A stretch of 64,000 nucleotides of DNA from Lophium mytilinum (Eukaryota), in NCBI GenBank assembly GCA_010093605.1, contig MU004193.1, positions 751,520-815,519 of the forward strand. The letters are read 5' to 3'. The first letter of the stretch is position 1. Every line of letters begins with the position of its first letter. Of the stretch, positions 49,010 through 63,100 are shown piece after piece. The notes under the pieces were generated by a model that was not told the DNA's origin, ran no database searches, and saw only the letters and a program-made list of their open reading frames with translations. A program made the position numbers and the translations under genes.

Positions 49010-50135
49010 ATTCCCCAGTGAGGGCCGGTTCCCCATCTTTATACTACCTCGCCTTCCCCAGCATACAGGCGAGAACCCCCGGCGGGGAGACGAGGCTAAA
49101 GGATCTGACTATGGCACCTGATATCCCGAGCGCTCGGAAAACATTCTTCTGCGGTTACTTCGCGCTTTCCAAGGCCCCGGGTGCTCCCAAAGAAGTGTCG
49201 GGCCTGCCCTCGGTCGATCACTGCTCGGGTGATGTTTGACTTTAACCGCGACTTTAACCATGGCGGTGTGATTGGTGACCTGCTGATCATACCGCGAGTC
49301 ATGTCAGGTCATTCCCGTCGCAGCGCGACTCTTGCGTGGGGATCTGCTGTGGAGATTCTCATTTTCTGGGACCCTGAGATTCCGGGGGTGCAAAAGGCGT
49401 TGCCAAGATCTCGAAAAGAGGTTCTTCTTCCATCTCTGCGATGGACTTTATCATCATGAATCAATATAAAGGTACGACTTATGCCACCTACAGCTTCTTC
49501 TTGTTCAGCTGGTACACGCGATCAGAATGACACGGGAAGAAGACCGTTTTGCCGCTATGGTTTAGATCTTGACTCGACAACGCGCCAACGATGCCGACAG
49601 ACGGCCGCTTTGCCATGTCGACACTCTTGGCTCTCCCATGGGGGCTCCACAATCCAGTGGCGGCCGGTTAAAATCGACAGGGGAACGTGGCATTCAGCCG
49701 GACGGCGCAAGGGATTGCCAGTTCGTCGACTTCATCTCACGATAGCTTCGCCATCGCGCTGCCCACGCGTCGGTCGCAGCTCGGAGATCCCGGCACGCTG
49801 GATGTGAAGAAAGTGGCTACAGCTGTCCGCCATTGTTTGCAGTGCTTCAACTCGTTTTCAGAGAGCCCAAAGCGAAAGGCTTCGATCTTGTTTAGGTTTC
49901 CGAAAATGCATTGAAGCAACCCAAGCAGTGGCATATACACCTGCACATTCATCACGGCTGATCTAAAATGGGAGATTCTACGCTCCGCGGGCCCGGGTAA
50001 TTGAGGAGGAAACCCCTCAGCGGGCGCTGCGCAAGAGTGGCACGAGTGGGTTTCGCATTCGCATCGTATGGCTGACCCCGTATCGGTGAGCATTGCAAGC
50101 GGGCCGAGTTCGACGGTACTGATGGTTATAAGCTG
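49010..50135. promoter_or_regulatory. Shared divergent promoter with candidate XlnR (GGCTAA/GGCTGA) and CreA (SYGGRG) sites
   Basis: GGCTAAA at 49094, GGCTGA at 49956 and ~50070, clustered CCCCAG/CCCCGG/GCGGGG at 49013-49087, and TTATAA at ~50127. The motifs are short, so chance matches are possible. Confidence 0.4.
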
Positions 50136-50183
50136 GTCCTCCCGCGCGGGAAGTCAAGCTTGACAAACTGCCCGTGACACATC

Positions 50184-53152
50184 ATGGTGAAGTTCTCGCA
50201 TGGCTGCTGGCATCCAGCGCCCGACCACTTGCTGGACTGGGCTGTCGAGGTCGTGAAGGGAGAGACGAGGGGCGATTCTTTGCATTTTGTTACGGTAATA
50301 CTTCTACTGCTCCTGAATGGACTGGAATTCGAGTTGACCTCAATTAGACGTCAAAACCATTAAATCACCGCGGTGATACCCTCAACAACCCCACTCTTAC
50401 CCACCATTTGAGCTCCCCCATCGACAACGTTTTGTATCTCACCTCGACCCATTGGACGAAGCAGAAGAGCGTAACGCAGGGTCCGCACTTTGAGCTCTTT
50501 CCCAACGGGCAGGAAAAGCACTCTGAGGGTATCAAAGCTGCCAAAGACGCCGAGAACCTGACATTCAGTGTCGGCGACCTGTCTGCGAAACTAGATACAA
50601 GACCGAAGTCGTTCGATTTGAGCTTTTACGCTAAAAAGAAGCTCCTGACGAAGTTGGGGTGGCGGTCTGTGGCCTACATAAAGCATGGAACTACTGCTCT
50701 ACATCCTAAGGCCAATTACACAGACCCGAACAAAGGCAAGAGATGGGTGACGTATCAGTTGCAGCTCGGTGTAGGCGACAAGGTCTACGGGCTTGGGGAG
50801 CGTTTCGGGCCGCTCGTAAAGAACGGACAAGTGAGTAAAGTTTGTGTTCTATGTTCGGAGTTATGCTGATTAGACTCGCTAGACCGTCGAGATGTGGAAC
50901 GACGATGGCGGAACTGGATCCGAGTTGACATATAAGAACATCCCCTTCTTCATCACATCAGCTGGCTACGGCGTCTTCATACCGACCTCGAGTTTTGTGT
51001 CCCTTGAGATCCAATCTGAGCGAACAACACGAATCAACATTTCTGTGCCCGGAGAAACCCTCGGTATCTACCTAATCCACGGATCAAACCCCAAGTCAAT
51101 CTTGCAAACCTACGGCAAGATTACGGGTGTGCCAGCGCTACCTCCAGCTTGGACTTTCGGTCTTTGGCTGAGCACGAGTTTCACTACTGATTATGACGAG
51201 AACACCGTGAACTCGTTCCTAGAGGGAATGGAGAAGCGCGATATCCCCGTCAGCGTGTTCCATTTTGAGTACGTAAGCCCCGATACATTTCGAAAGTTTC
51301 TCAACAATCTATCTGTTCAAAAAACTACTCGGGGAGTGTTTCGAGACAACCACAGTGGTGTCTTGGCATTCCTTGGCGTTCCCTGAAGATGTGTCTCACG
51401 CAAACCAACATCCGTTTTCTCACTAAGGTTCTGAATAATGTGCTAACCTTGTTGCCACCTATGAAGCTGTTTCTGGATGCCTAAGCTAGAATGGTGCGAT
51501 TATGAATTTGACAAGGAGTTTTTCCCAGATCCCAAGGGTCAGCTCGCACGACTGAAGGCCAAGGGTATATATGTGAGCTACCAAACTCTCCTTAGCTCAA
51601 GAAGAAGCTAATAGCGATAGGTTTGCGTCTGGATTAACTCGTACATTGCCCAAGAAAGCTCCATCTTTGATGAAGCCGCCGATAAAGGCTACTTCATAAA
51701 ACGCTCCGATGGCGTAAGTCTCGCCTCCCTTAGAACCAGAAAGAGACCAAGCTTACTGACAACTCCAAGTCGATCTGGCAATACGATTTCTGGGTAAGAT
51801 TGACAAACTCCCCAAGCTACCTCAACTTGTCACAGATCCGTGTACACTTCGCTGCAGCGGTCTGAAGCTCCTCGGTGTATTTTGGGAGTTCGTCGGAATA
51901 GCGTACACGGATCAACGACGAGGCACTCTAAGAACCAAAGCTAATGTATCTATAGCAAAGCGGGATGGCATTCATTGACTTCACGAACCCAGATGCCTGC
52001 AAATGGTACCAAGGCAAACTCCAAGCCCTGGTCGACATGGGCGTCGACTCCTTCAAAACCGACTTCGGCGAACGCATTCCCACCGGCGACGCCGTGTACT
52101 TCGATGGTTCCAGCCCGGAGAAGATGCACAACTACTATTCCTACCTCTACAATAAGGTGACATTCGAAGTGTTGGAGAAGAGCTACGGCAAGAACAACGC
52201 CGCCCTCTTCGCCCGCTCCGCCACCGCCGGCTGCCAACAATTCCCCGTCCACTGGGGCGGCGACCCCTACTCCACCTTCGAAGCCATGGCCGAGACCCTC
52301 CGCGGCGGGCTTAGCCTCGCCCTCTCCGGCTTCGGATACTGGGCACACGACATCGGCGGATTCGAAGGAAACCCCGATCCCGCGCTCTTCAAGCGCTGGA
52401 TAGCATTCGGCCTCTTCTCCAGCCACTCGCGCCTCCACGGCAGTGGAAGCTTCCGCGTCCCCTGGCTCATCGACGAGACCGGCGAAGCCGACAAAGTCTT
52501 GAAGCACTTTGTGAATACGAAGCACACGCTAATGCCGTATCTCTACGCGCAAGCTATCCACACCCACCGCACCGGCGTACCGATGCTGCGCGCGACGTTC
52601 CTTGAGTACCCTGAGGATCCTGCGGTCTGGTATCTTGATACGCAGTACTTCCTCGGCTCTAGCTTGCTCGTTGCGCCGGTCTTCACTGAGGACGGTTCTG
52701 TGACGTATTATATTCCGAAGGGCGAGTGGTATGGACTGCTTGATGGGAAGATCCGTACTGGGCCGGGCTACGTGACTGAGACGCATGATTTCTTCAGCTT
52801 GCCTGTGCTCCTGCGGCCTGGGGCGGTGGTGCCACAGGGCAAGGTGAAGGAGAAGGTTGTGTATGATTGGACGGCCGATGTAACGCTGCTGGTGAATTGG
52901 GAGGAGGGAATGGAGACGACGGTGGAGATTGCTGATAGTGAGAAGCTAGGTGAGGTGAAGGCGGTATTCGTGGTCAAAAGTAGTGAGAAGAACGTTACCG
53001 TGAGCGCAGTGAGTGGAGCTGTAACCGGAGGGTATGATATCAAGGTTGTGAACAAGAATGTGGTGGAGAAGGGCGTGAAGGGGGCTGAGGTGGCGGACAA
53101 GGTGGTGAAGGTTGGGCAAGGGGTGAAGGAGGTGGCATTCGAGTTGGAGTAG
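50184..53152 (+). CDS. GH31 alpha-xylosidase (YicI-like, no signal peptide), multi-exon
   Basis: MVKFSHGCW, YGLGERFGP, YKNIPFF, FGLWLSTSF, nucleophile motif VDSFKTDFGERIP, WAHDIGGF and SSHSRLHG. Confidence 0.95.
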
Positions 53153-53472
53153 GTTGATGGATGAGATTAGTGAAGAGATCGTCGTTGTAATGAGATAGAC
53201 CATTTTTGATACCTTTATCACGCGTGTGTCTCAGTCTGCAGCTCTTGCGATCGAAGAGAATCATTCTGAGATATTTGGAGTAGAAAAAGCTAGGCTGTCG
53301 CCGAAATATGTGACCATGTCTCTCTGCCATCCTCCAATTCAAGGCCAATTCCTACCTAGCTAATAAACCGCGGGTAAGGCATGAGTATTTCTCTCTCCTC
53401 TTTTGTTAGACTCAATATCCGCAGGCCGGGCTGGCATACGAGAATAGTCCCAAGCCCATATCCGCAGTTCAT

Positions 53473-54269
53473 TCACGAAGATATGTCGCTCTCCGCCGAT
53501 AAGCCAAGCTTACCAGAAGAGTCTGTCTTCTCGCCCTGTCCAGCCTCGCCGCCAACAGCCTCGTGATACCTAGTCCCGCCGAAAGACAGCGCATTAGAGC
53601 GCACGGGCTCTGGCTTCCTTTCGCTCATCCTAGCCATGACGTCCCAGACGAACTCAGCTGGATACTTCTCCCGCTGATCCTTTGCGCACCAAGCCGAAGT
53701 CCGCTCAACAGCGTAGATATCAACCAGAAACCGTCTCGCAGGGCAGGGTCCCGCAGTTCCGCTGTAGATCGTCTGGATGGTAGCGCAACTTGGCCATTTC
53801 GCCTGCGGGCCTTCAAACGTATGCTCCACCATTGCATCAAGGATATCGTTCTTGCACTTGCTGTCTTGGATCTTCTCGGCGAAAACGTAGAGCTGGGCTA
53901 GGACCCAGTGCTCGCCTCCGCTTTCGGTCGTGTCTTCGTCGGGAGCTGTGGCTAGCTTGCCCGTGTAGAGGTGGTGCATGTATAAGCTGAAGAGCGCGGG
54001 GGAATCCGTAGGTAAGTTGATCACGCTCTCTTTGGACTCCTTCCAGCTGCCGTCCATGGCACGAGCGAAAAAGTCGGAACGAGAAGTGAGGAGCTTTTCA
54101 TGGATGGAGAAACATTCGCGGTGGTCCCCTTCGCCGACCCAGATATCGATGGTGGTCCGGCCGATGCTGTGCTAGAGTCTAGCGAAGCTGCTCTTGCTTG
54201 GCCTGGTGCTTGAGGAAGAACTCACTGTGCGAGCTTTCTCCGCTTGGGTTCTCGAAGGTCTGCAGACAT
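53473..54269 (-). CDS. BTB/POZ domain protein, 2 exons
   Basis: Spliced N-terminus MSADLREPKRRKLAH|IGRTTIDIWVG...FSIHEKLLTSRSDFFARAMDGSWKES, plus LAQLYVFAEKIQD. Confidence 0.88.
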
Positions 54270-56803
54270 TGTTGTGGTAGGTTGAATTGCTGGCAGATAT
54301 ATTGGTAGCTTCGAACATCTGCGTGTTCCAGCGGCGCAAAAGAAATGGCAGGGCAGTTGGTAGCTGGTGGCTGGTCTACTATATGGTTAATCAAGTTAGA
54401 GTCGTGGTGAAGCGTAGGGCGGTGGTGAAGCACGACCTCCCACCAATTAAAACCAGCCAAAAAGACGCGCTGGACCCATGGTTTTCGTATCAGTTCACCA
54501 CTTCATAGCATCTTGCTGTAACCCTCTTCTCTGTCGATACACGAATACACTATGTTACAACAACAGGATAAAGTCAGTCAAGGTGGCCTAAAAAGTTTCC
54601 TACTTGACTAGAATGATGAGGTTCTATCTCGCGATGAATACGAAACCTGAAGTATCATCGACATGGAAAGCGCGTGGCGTAATAGCATACTGATACAACC
54701 TACCTTTGTGCGCTCCCTCCTCGCATCACGGCCTATTTCACAGCCTCATTAAATAGTACACGTTGGTCTACCTCTAATGGAGGTGTCCCAGCAGTCTGTT
54801 GAAACCTTCCATCACCTCTTCCCGGGACCCAAAGTCTGGAATACGATGAGACTTTCGCAGGCACTGCCAGAGGATGATATGCAAGCGCGTCGTAAACCCA
54901 GTGCCCAGAGGGAGGTGCATCATAGCCAAGATTTGACAGTTGCAGGGCCGATAGCGCACATCCAGCCTTACAGGTTCCAGGCCATCGAAGATTAACGGCG
55001 GGCGGTTTAGTGGAGATCGACGGCGTTTCGACGGCTAGAATGTCAAAGGTCGGGTCCTGGAGGATCGTTTCTCAAAGAGCGAAGTCATCCTGTTGATCAT
55101 TTTTCAACCAATCGCCAGTGTTATTCGCCTTTCTACGTCCTTTGAGAAGAGGGAGAGCGAAACGAGTTGCGAAGTCCGACGCATGTCCGACTTGAACATC
55201 AGGCCATCACGGCCTGAAATTGGGTTCTTCTGCCATCCTTCTATGGAGATTCGAAAGGGGCTGTGCGGAATATTTGGCGATGGATGAGTCGAAACATTCG
55301 GCGCATGGACTCCCGCTGGTTCCGTATGAGGCTTGCGCTGACGCGCGATTACCAGGTCGTGAGGTTACATGGAATCAGGACAGTCAGCGAGCTGGTCTCT
55401 GAATAGAGCTCTCGGACCGTAGTAGCCGGAGTCAAACGAATCGGAGAGACGACGTAGCGACTTCGTTCGTGGAAATAACAAAACTCCCTGGCACGCCGCG
55501 TGCGCATGTGAGATGCTGCAGAAATGCCTCACGAACATGACTGACTGGTAGAACTGAATGGAAGAGGAGGGCATTCGGAGCCTCCAGGAGTGCAAAATGC
55601 GGAAGTCCGTGAGGTTGCAGGGTTCCAAGTGCCCTTCTCTTCCTTTGGATCCTGGTGGTCAAATCGAAACATGCATCGCTGCTCCATCGTCGACGTCCAC
55701 AAATCCACTCGCATCTCGGACAAGCACCTGACGACCGGCCGGCGAGCTTTCTCGCGATCCCTGCGTGCATCGCAGGTAGGCTGAGTAGTCATCCATAAGG
55801 TAGGAGGCAGCAGTCCAGAAGTCAGCACCGGACTTAGTGAAGGTCGCGACGGGGTAAGATCAGCACCGCGTCCGCAAAACACCAAGGCCCGGCGATAGAG
55901 ACAGCTGTACGAGCAGCGTCATTACTGCGAAACGGCCTAAATTTAGGGTGCGACAGACTTTCGTGTGTTCGGAGGCTGCGTTTCGCTCGGCCGCAGCCGG
56001 CACGACGCCGCGCTTTGAGAAGGTCGTTGCGGCCCCCAGTGGTCGGGTATCAAGATCATGCGTTGAGGAATTTCTCGCAGTCCCTCCTTCAACAAGGAGC
56101 CGGGCTCGGAGGGCCAAGGGAGCCTTCGGAAGGCCGGCGCTGTCTGTATGAGGTGCCCAGGTGGCAGGTGGTGAGAGAGACGACGTGGACAGGGGGCGGT
56201 GCACGTCCTGGGCAGTAAAACGCCGCGCTCAGGGCTTCTGGGCTATTCTAATTGCAGATTACAGTACGAAACAGCAACGACAGTGCGCGTCCTGAGCCAG
56301 GGTCTGAACTGCTGCAGGTCATTTCTGGCGGCCTTTAAAAGAGCCCTGAGCCCGATGCCATGACGGCCAGCACACGAAAGCAACCCAATCTCTGTGTCCT
56401 TGGAACCTTAGCCCATTCACATTGCCCAAGTCAGCGGCTTGCTCTCCACCAATCACCCCTCCTGATCCCTGTGACTATTGTCAACTCGGCTTTACTGGTA
56501 CCTGTCTGGGCCCTCGGCCAACTTCAGTCACACCTCCAAGAAACAGAACGCGCGCTAGTTGGGTACGAGACAGCCTGCAGACGCTACATCATCGGACTTC
56601 CTCTGCTGCAGGCCCTATATCAACTACCTCGTCCTCCGCTGTTGCATTACTTCACTGGACCCCTTGAGCTTACGACACTGCACACCTACTCTTGAATAAA
56701 GCCCCGACACCCCCTAGAACTACAACTAAAGCATTCTCTATACCTCTTCAACCTAGAGACACTACCACCAGTTCCACATTCAACATCAATATCTACCATC
56801 ACG

Positions 56804-57016
56804 ATGTTCTCCTGTGTCAACTACGAGCGAGGATGCCGAGGCCGCTGCAACGCCGAAGGTGCCCGCTGTGATAGCTGCGTCACGCTCAACCTTCAGCAAA
56901 TCCGAAGCCCAAGCTCCTCCTCCATATCCTCTGTCTCTTCAACGTCCTCGGGCTATTCGGCTTTGACCTCTTCCTTCGCCTCGCTCTCGCAGTACAGCTC
57001 CGCGAAGGGCCGGTAG
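56804..57016 (+). CDS. Small Cys-rich/Ser-rich protein (70 aa)
   Basis: Strong start context (ATCACCATCACG-like CA-rich leader), C-ending codon bias, C-x6-C-x3-C-x6-C-x2-C head and Ser-rich tail. Confidence 0.7.
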   Translation: MFSCVNYERGCRGRCNAEGARCDSCVTLNLQQIRSPSSSSISSVSSTSSGYSALTSSFASLSQYSSAKGR

Positions 57017-59515
57017 CTGATTCCACGCAACCAATCACCATCCACCCACCACTTCAGATAAAGTCATTGGACAATGGACAGGAAGCTCACTTCGTCCTGC
57101 CATCACCACTCTGGACATTTACTACGACACCTCGTACCTCCCGAGACAACTCGCGCGGCCCGCCTCATTATTGGCCGGGCAAAGCCGGTTGATTTGCTTT
57201 TATCAATGCAGCGGAGCATGCACATGCACTGTACACACGGAGCTGCATCTATCTCTTCAGACCGACAGACGCATACGGCACGACGTACAGATTGAGGCGC
57301 AGAGCAACACATGCAGCATTTGCGGGAAAGTTCCGTCGGGCGTCACTCATCATTCATGTACCAATACCCTCTAGTTTTTGCAGCGATTTTTGAATTAGCG
57401 AATACACAAGCGCAGGCGCTGGGAAAGGAATTCCGAGTTTTGGCGTTAGTCGGCGTAGCTTCTACACTCGCAACATACTCAATATGATAATACCCACGTA
57501 CAAACTCCATCAATTGCAAACAGTAAAATCGCATACCGCCCTTCCCTCAGCAATCGTCCAGTACCACACCGCATACCCAAAATCGCATGCAGGCCGCAAC
57601 GCAGGTGCTCCCCCTGCCAGGCCTGTGTGACAGAAAACGTCCCCACTAGCGCCGCCCCCAGCAGCGTACCCCCAAACTCCAGATCCCCATGTATTTCCCA
57701 GATCCGCACAACCTCCCATTTCGCCAGTCCACCTATCATCGACTTCGCAGACTCGCGTCGCGGCCCGAGATCTTCGTCGCTGTTGCTTAAAACGACCGCC
57801 ATCCCGACCGCACTCCCGAGGCCTCTTCCCTGCTGCGATTCCTTCGTCCCCCTTCGTGCCATGGCGGTCAGGCTCATGATCGATGATAACGATGGGGTTC
57901 TGGCCAGATCGATCGATGGGAAAGCAGACAATCGGTCGCTCCAGACGCTGGCAGGGGGGGCACGAATAAGGGAGGGTCCCGGCGGTAAAAAGTGACACTG
58001 GCGCCCGCTGCGTGGTGTCGTCGGTGGCGCTCGAACGGGTGTGCTAGGGATGGGTGAAGCGAGCACATAGTGTTTAACCCAGTCCCTCGATATCGCGGGG
58101 CTCTTTAGCAGAGTTCGAATTGAGCTGGTGGCTGAGAGAAAAAGCACACGAACGCCAGGCAAGGGAAGGAGGGCGCGGAACGGTTCTACTCGCTTTGCTG
58201 CATGCACGTCCAGCACCTCAGCTGTTGAGTTGGGAGTCTGAAGCATGAGGACAGTTACCCAATGATGACGTGGTGGGGGGCCAGAGTTGCAGATACGAAC
58301 GCGCGCACCGCACATGTCCCCATCCGGCCATTCGCAGAAGCCATTCGCACGCCCCATGCGGCGTAGCGCTCACGATAGCCAGTAAGCTACCCCCGCCAAT
58401 ACTGTCGTTCGGCCTCCTTACGCACACATTCGGAGAGTTCCTTTTTCGCTTGATGTTTCTTTTTTGTCGAAGGCGCCGCTACATGCGTCCCAGTCAGACC
58501 CCATCTCCGTCTTTTTCCATAATACATACAAGGGTCTTAGCATTTATTGGGGTGAGTGGCATTCGCTGCGGAGCCACCAGCAAGCTCATGCGTTTTCCTG
58601 TTTTTCCCGCAGTTCGTATTGAGAGGAGGCTCATCGTGGGCTCGGGCACCAGGAGACCTGCATCTGCACGGGTAGATGCCCAGGTGCCGACAGCAGACGG
58701 TGCGAAGATGCCCGAGGGTACAAGGGTAACACGGAGACGACTCCGGTAAGCCCAGGAAACGCCATCAGAAAGCCTTTCATATTTACATGAGGGAGACGGC
58801 ATGTGCTGTGTCGGGCCTCGGGCAGGTGTAAGTTACCGGGAGCACTTCTAATTTCTCCAGGACTAACAGGACACCTAGAGATAGTTTCAAGTAGTTCTGT
58901 TACACGTGTGTCTAAGAGCTGTGTATTGTATGATAGACGCTTGCCCAAAAGGAATATGTGAGTTCATGTGATACCCACGTGACCTTCGCAGTAGGAGTGA
59001 ATTGTTTATGCCTTAGGCCCGAACCCCGAAACTTTTGCAATGTCTTCCAGTTCTTCCAGAATATAACAAATACTGAAGGAGCCCAACTCTTCAAATTCGT
59101 CTGATCTCACTCTGGCGGAATGGTGGTGTGGAGATCACGTGGTCTTCACCCACTACCTAAGTGAATCGTTCATACCTCATATCGTCCCTCTCGTAGAATG
59201 TTAAATTATTAGCATGATTCTAGCGTCTCTTATGATATTAGTTGAGCTGGAATCAGATGAATACTTCGTTTCTCAACCGGTGTTGGCCCCTTCCTGTGTA
59301 GCGGCTTACTCAGCACCCGTATATCCTGCCTTCTCGGCCTAGCTAGCTTCCTCACCTGAACCCCAATACAATACATTTTCTCTTCCTGCCTATTGAGCTC
59401 TCACACCGGCTCGCCCCAAGCTCGCAGCAGTTCCCGCTGCCGCACGTCCCCCCCAAATCCCCCAGCAAGATTTACGTAGCGTAGATTGGGTGGGTACTCC
59501 TAGTCTATATTCGTA

Positions 59516-59727
59516 CAGTACGCGCATCTAGATATACAACCACTCGATCTTCGCTGTTGCTCTATCGATACCACTGTAAAAAGTGCCCTAGGTCGCATCT
59601 CTCCAATTGGTCAAATAGTAGTATAATTTCCACTACGTTGACCTTTACATTGTATTCGGAATTTTCAGAGCCTGTCGGGGTACCCCAAGGAGTTGCAAAG
59701 AACGTCCAAACTTATGTCTTGGTACGG
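59516..59727 (-). mobile_element. Tc1-type MITE, copy 5
   Basis: TA|CAGTAC start. CCTGTCGGGGTACCCCAAGGAGTTGC...GTCCAAACTTATGTCTTGGTACGG|TA matches copy 1. Confidence 0.7.
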
Positions 59728-60143
59728 TACGTTGGAGCCCCACGAACAGTGGCAGGAAGATTATACGGAGGTCTATGACAGGGCACTTTACCTCCTTTTC
59801 TGGGGATAATGACCGTCATTGTTCACATGAAGCTCATCCTGCTTAAGTTTCGGTAATTCGATTCGATCCGGTTCGGCTTGATGGCTGCTCTAGAACGTAA
59901 GAAATACTTTATCATTGACTATGCCGAAATATCTCCATTATTGAGTATGCCGAGCTATCTTTATCGTTACATATACCGAAATCGAGGCCGTTGATCGTCC
60001 CACCCCTCCTAGACTTCAACGCGAGAATTTTCTCTTCTTCCGATCCATTTCCTATTCTCCCATGTTTAGTCCTATACCCGGAACACCAAACCATTTTCCC
60101 AGACATGTATTCCGAAATGTGAGCACTTTTTTGTCCTAACACA

Positions 60144-63100
60144 TTACCACCAGCTTCCCTTCCCCATCTTCTTTCTCTTTTTCTTCCTCCCCCGGGTCCT
60201 AGCGTGTTCTTTTCCTCCGCTAGCACTGCCTCCACCACGCGCCACGGGCTTTGGGTTATAGTTCGTATCGACCACGATACAGTCGTATTCGATTGAGTTT
60301 CTCCGATCTGGCAAAGCTGCTCTAGCTCGTCCAACTAGGGAGTCAGACACCGAAGGTGTGCACGAATTCGCGACACCCAGTGATGCGACACCAGGATCCA
60401 GGATTCGTGAGGGACACGCGACCGAAGAATCTCTGGGACGTGGGATTGAAGCGGCGGTTTCGGCGGTGCAAAGGGCGAGTGTCAGGCCCGGGGATGGCTG
60501 GGAGGTCGAAGCCGCCATCGGAACCACCTCAACGCAGCCCTCAGGGGACTCACCCCGGGCCCTCTTGCCTAGATTTTCGCGACGATGATGGATTTTCGAA
60601 GGGGCGTGGTTTCTGGTCTTGAGCTCCTTAGCTCTTTTCATACCATCTATAACTAGTGTCCGCCTGGTCTCCGGTGCCCAGCACTTACTCTGCCCTTCAT
60701 TAAAGACATGCGAGACAAAGCCGCTGGCCTTGGCCATAGTAGTCATAAGTGCAAGAAGTGCGGTGTCTCGTAGCAAGAAAGACCGGGGCGTTAAGATCTC
60801 GATCCCCGATGGATATTCTTTCTGTCGCTTGCTTTGGGTGTAGCGAAGTAGGGTGCCAGAATCAGGGCGTATAATTTTGCGGCGGTGCTTAGCCTTTCCA
60901 GCTAAAGCTTGCGGAAGAAGTGAGGTAACGAGGGACTTGCGGGCAATCGAATCTTGGTCTTTATCGTGGGAAATGAGGTCCTTACGAGACGCCAATTTCT
61001 GTCTCTTGTGCTGCCTTTCGCCCTCGGCCTCGAGAATGTGCGTGTTTGGCGATCGGCGGCGTTTGAGAGGATCTCGCTTCTGAGGCAGAGAGACTGGAGC
61101 TTCGTCTGATCTTAGTTCGCTATTGCTTCCCGTCTGCTGGCTTGCCTCGCCAGCACTAGTATCTTCGCGAGCCGAGACGTCGGGAGTCTGATTCAGCAAA
61201 TTGCCGTCACGTTCACGAACATCTCTAGCGTCAGGCATCCCATGAACGAGCCAGTGCCAGACCAAGAGGGGAGAATTCCAACGCTTAGGAGCAGTCCGAG
61301 AACCGTTGAAACTCTCCTTATCCATCGAATGCTCGTTCTTGTCGTGAGATTCAGTGTCGCCAGGAATCAGATTCTTTTGTCCTTGCATCTGAAAATGGTC
61401 ATCAGCTCCAGCGCTACTCTTGCTCTTGGGCCCTGCGACCTCCGATGTGTTCAGTCCTAAGGCCAAGTCGCAGTCTCCGCCCTCACACAGTTGCTGAGAT
61501 GGACGACGAGCAACGGCGTCGCCTTTAGGCTCGCTTGGCTGCAGAACCATGTCCCAGAAACTGGAAGTATTACGAGCTACTTCAATCGGCCGACTTTCAG
61601 ATAATCCAGTTTCTAGTACTATGCTTTTCGTTGGCTGGAAAGTACCATCCTGATTTGCTGGTATACTCTGCAATCGCCGATTCCCAGGGTTTGGCTCCCT
61701 CAGCAAATTGAGCTCCACGTCCTCTTTCTCGTGTGTCGAGATTGCACGAATTACTGGCGACGGATTTACTCGAGATGATGGAGATAAGGGTCTATAGCTC
61801 GTCGGGTCGATGACTCCTAGCTGTTTACTTGAGAGCTGATCGATATAGGGCGTTTCAATCGATGGCTTGTCGGATGAGAACGCTTCAGCGAGAGATTGAT
61901 CAATCAACGGTTCAGTGAGTACAGCCCTGTCAACTAGAGACTGAAGATGGGGAAGCTCTACGGGCAATGCTTCGGGGCGCAGTTCGCGATAGCGGTTGTA
62001 ATCAGCCCTTCGAACTACTGGAGCTGCACACACGTCCTCACAAGTGTACTCCGTACCTGGACCAACGGACAGGTTTACGTTCTGCACATGCTGGGGTGGA
62101 TACTCGCAGTAACGATTTCTATGGACACAATAGTTGCCTGGTATAGTCAATACGAAATAGTCTCTATTCAGATGACGGTTAATGCCTACAGTAGGGATTC
62201 TTTTCGCCACATTCAATTCTTTGTCGTTTGCAGGTTACGCAGCCCGTCTCTGAGCGAAAATACCAGGGCCCTTCTGTTTGAGCCTGCCCAGTTAGAAACT
62301 CTTCATTTTGAGACCCCTCGTCCAAAGTGGTGGGAACTGTATGGGATCCGTTTGTCCATGAACGGGCTGAACTAGGCGGACGAGTCATAGACTCCTTGCC
62401 CAGAGTGTGATCAGCTGGAGCCTGCTGGTTGATAGAGGTAAAAGCTGAAGACCGATCAACTGGTGGAACTTTCGAGGGCGAATGACTTGGAGTCATGAAG
62501 CTTGGCCCTCGGTAATTCAATGATGAATATGTGCGTTGGTGCTCCACTGGAGGTCGATACATCCGATCAGGGAAGTGCTGAGATGTGGACATTGAAGGCG
62601 GAAAATCAGGCGGAACGCTCACAGGCAATACTTGTGAGGCTGGAACGCTTGTTCGTGGAGACAAGGCTGATGGATGTGCTGCTAGGCGCTCTATTGTAGG
62701 CTGAGATGCTTTCTGATCCTGGACTGACGACCGACCAATCGAACGCTCATTGAGCCACGGCGGGGCTTGTACAGGTGTAGAAATGGAAGGTCGGCGATGT
62801 ATAAAATAGTAGGATGATGATAAAGGGCCCGAAAGGACTGATGGATCGTTTCGAGTGACGTTAGCTGTAGGTCCAGGGTTGATAGGTCTAAATTCCGAAG
62901 GCGGACACTCCAGTGGACACGCTCGGGCCTGAGCAAAGTTGATAGGTAGCAAGTTCACAGCTGGATCACTATGGTATGGTATGATCGGAGTTGGTGGAGT
63001 CGCAGGTGGCGGAGTCGGTAATGGAATGGCAGGGACGCGCGTTGAAGTCTGCTTATTAGGAGGCTGAATAGTTGGATTCAGACAACTTACCTGTCTCAAA

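Noticed and set aside
57479..58357. 292-aa minus-strand ORF
   Set aside because: It has no recognisable domain, codon bias or splice support, and it overlaps several equally weak ORFs.
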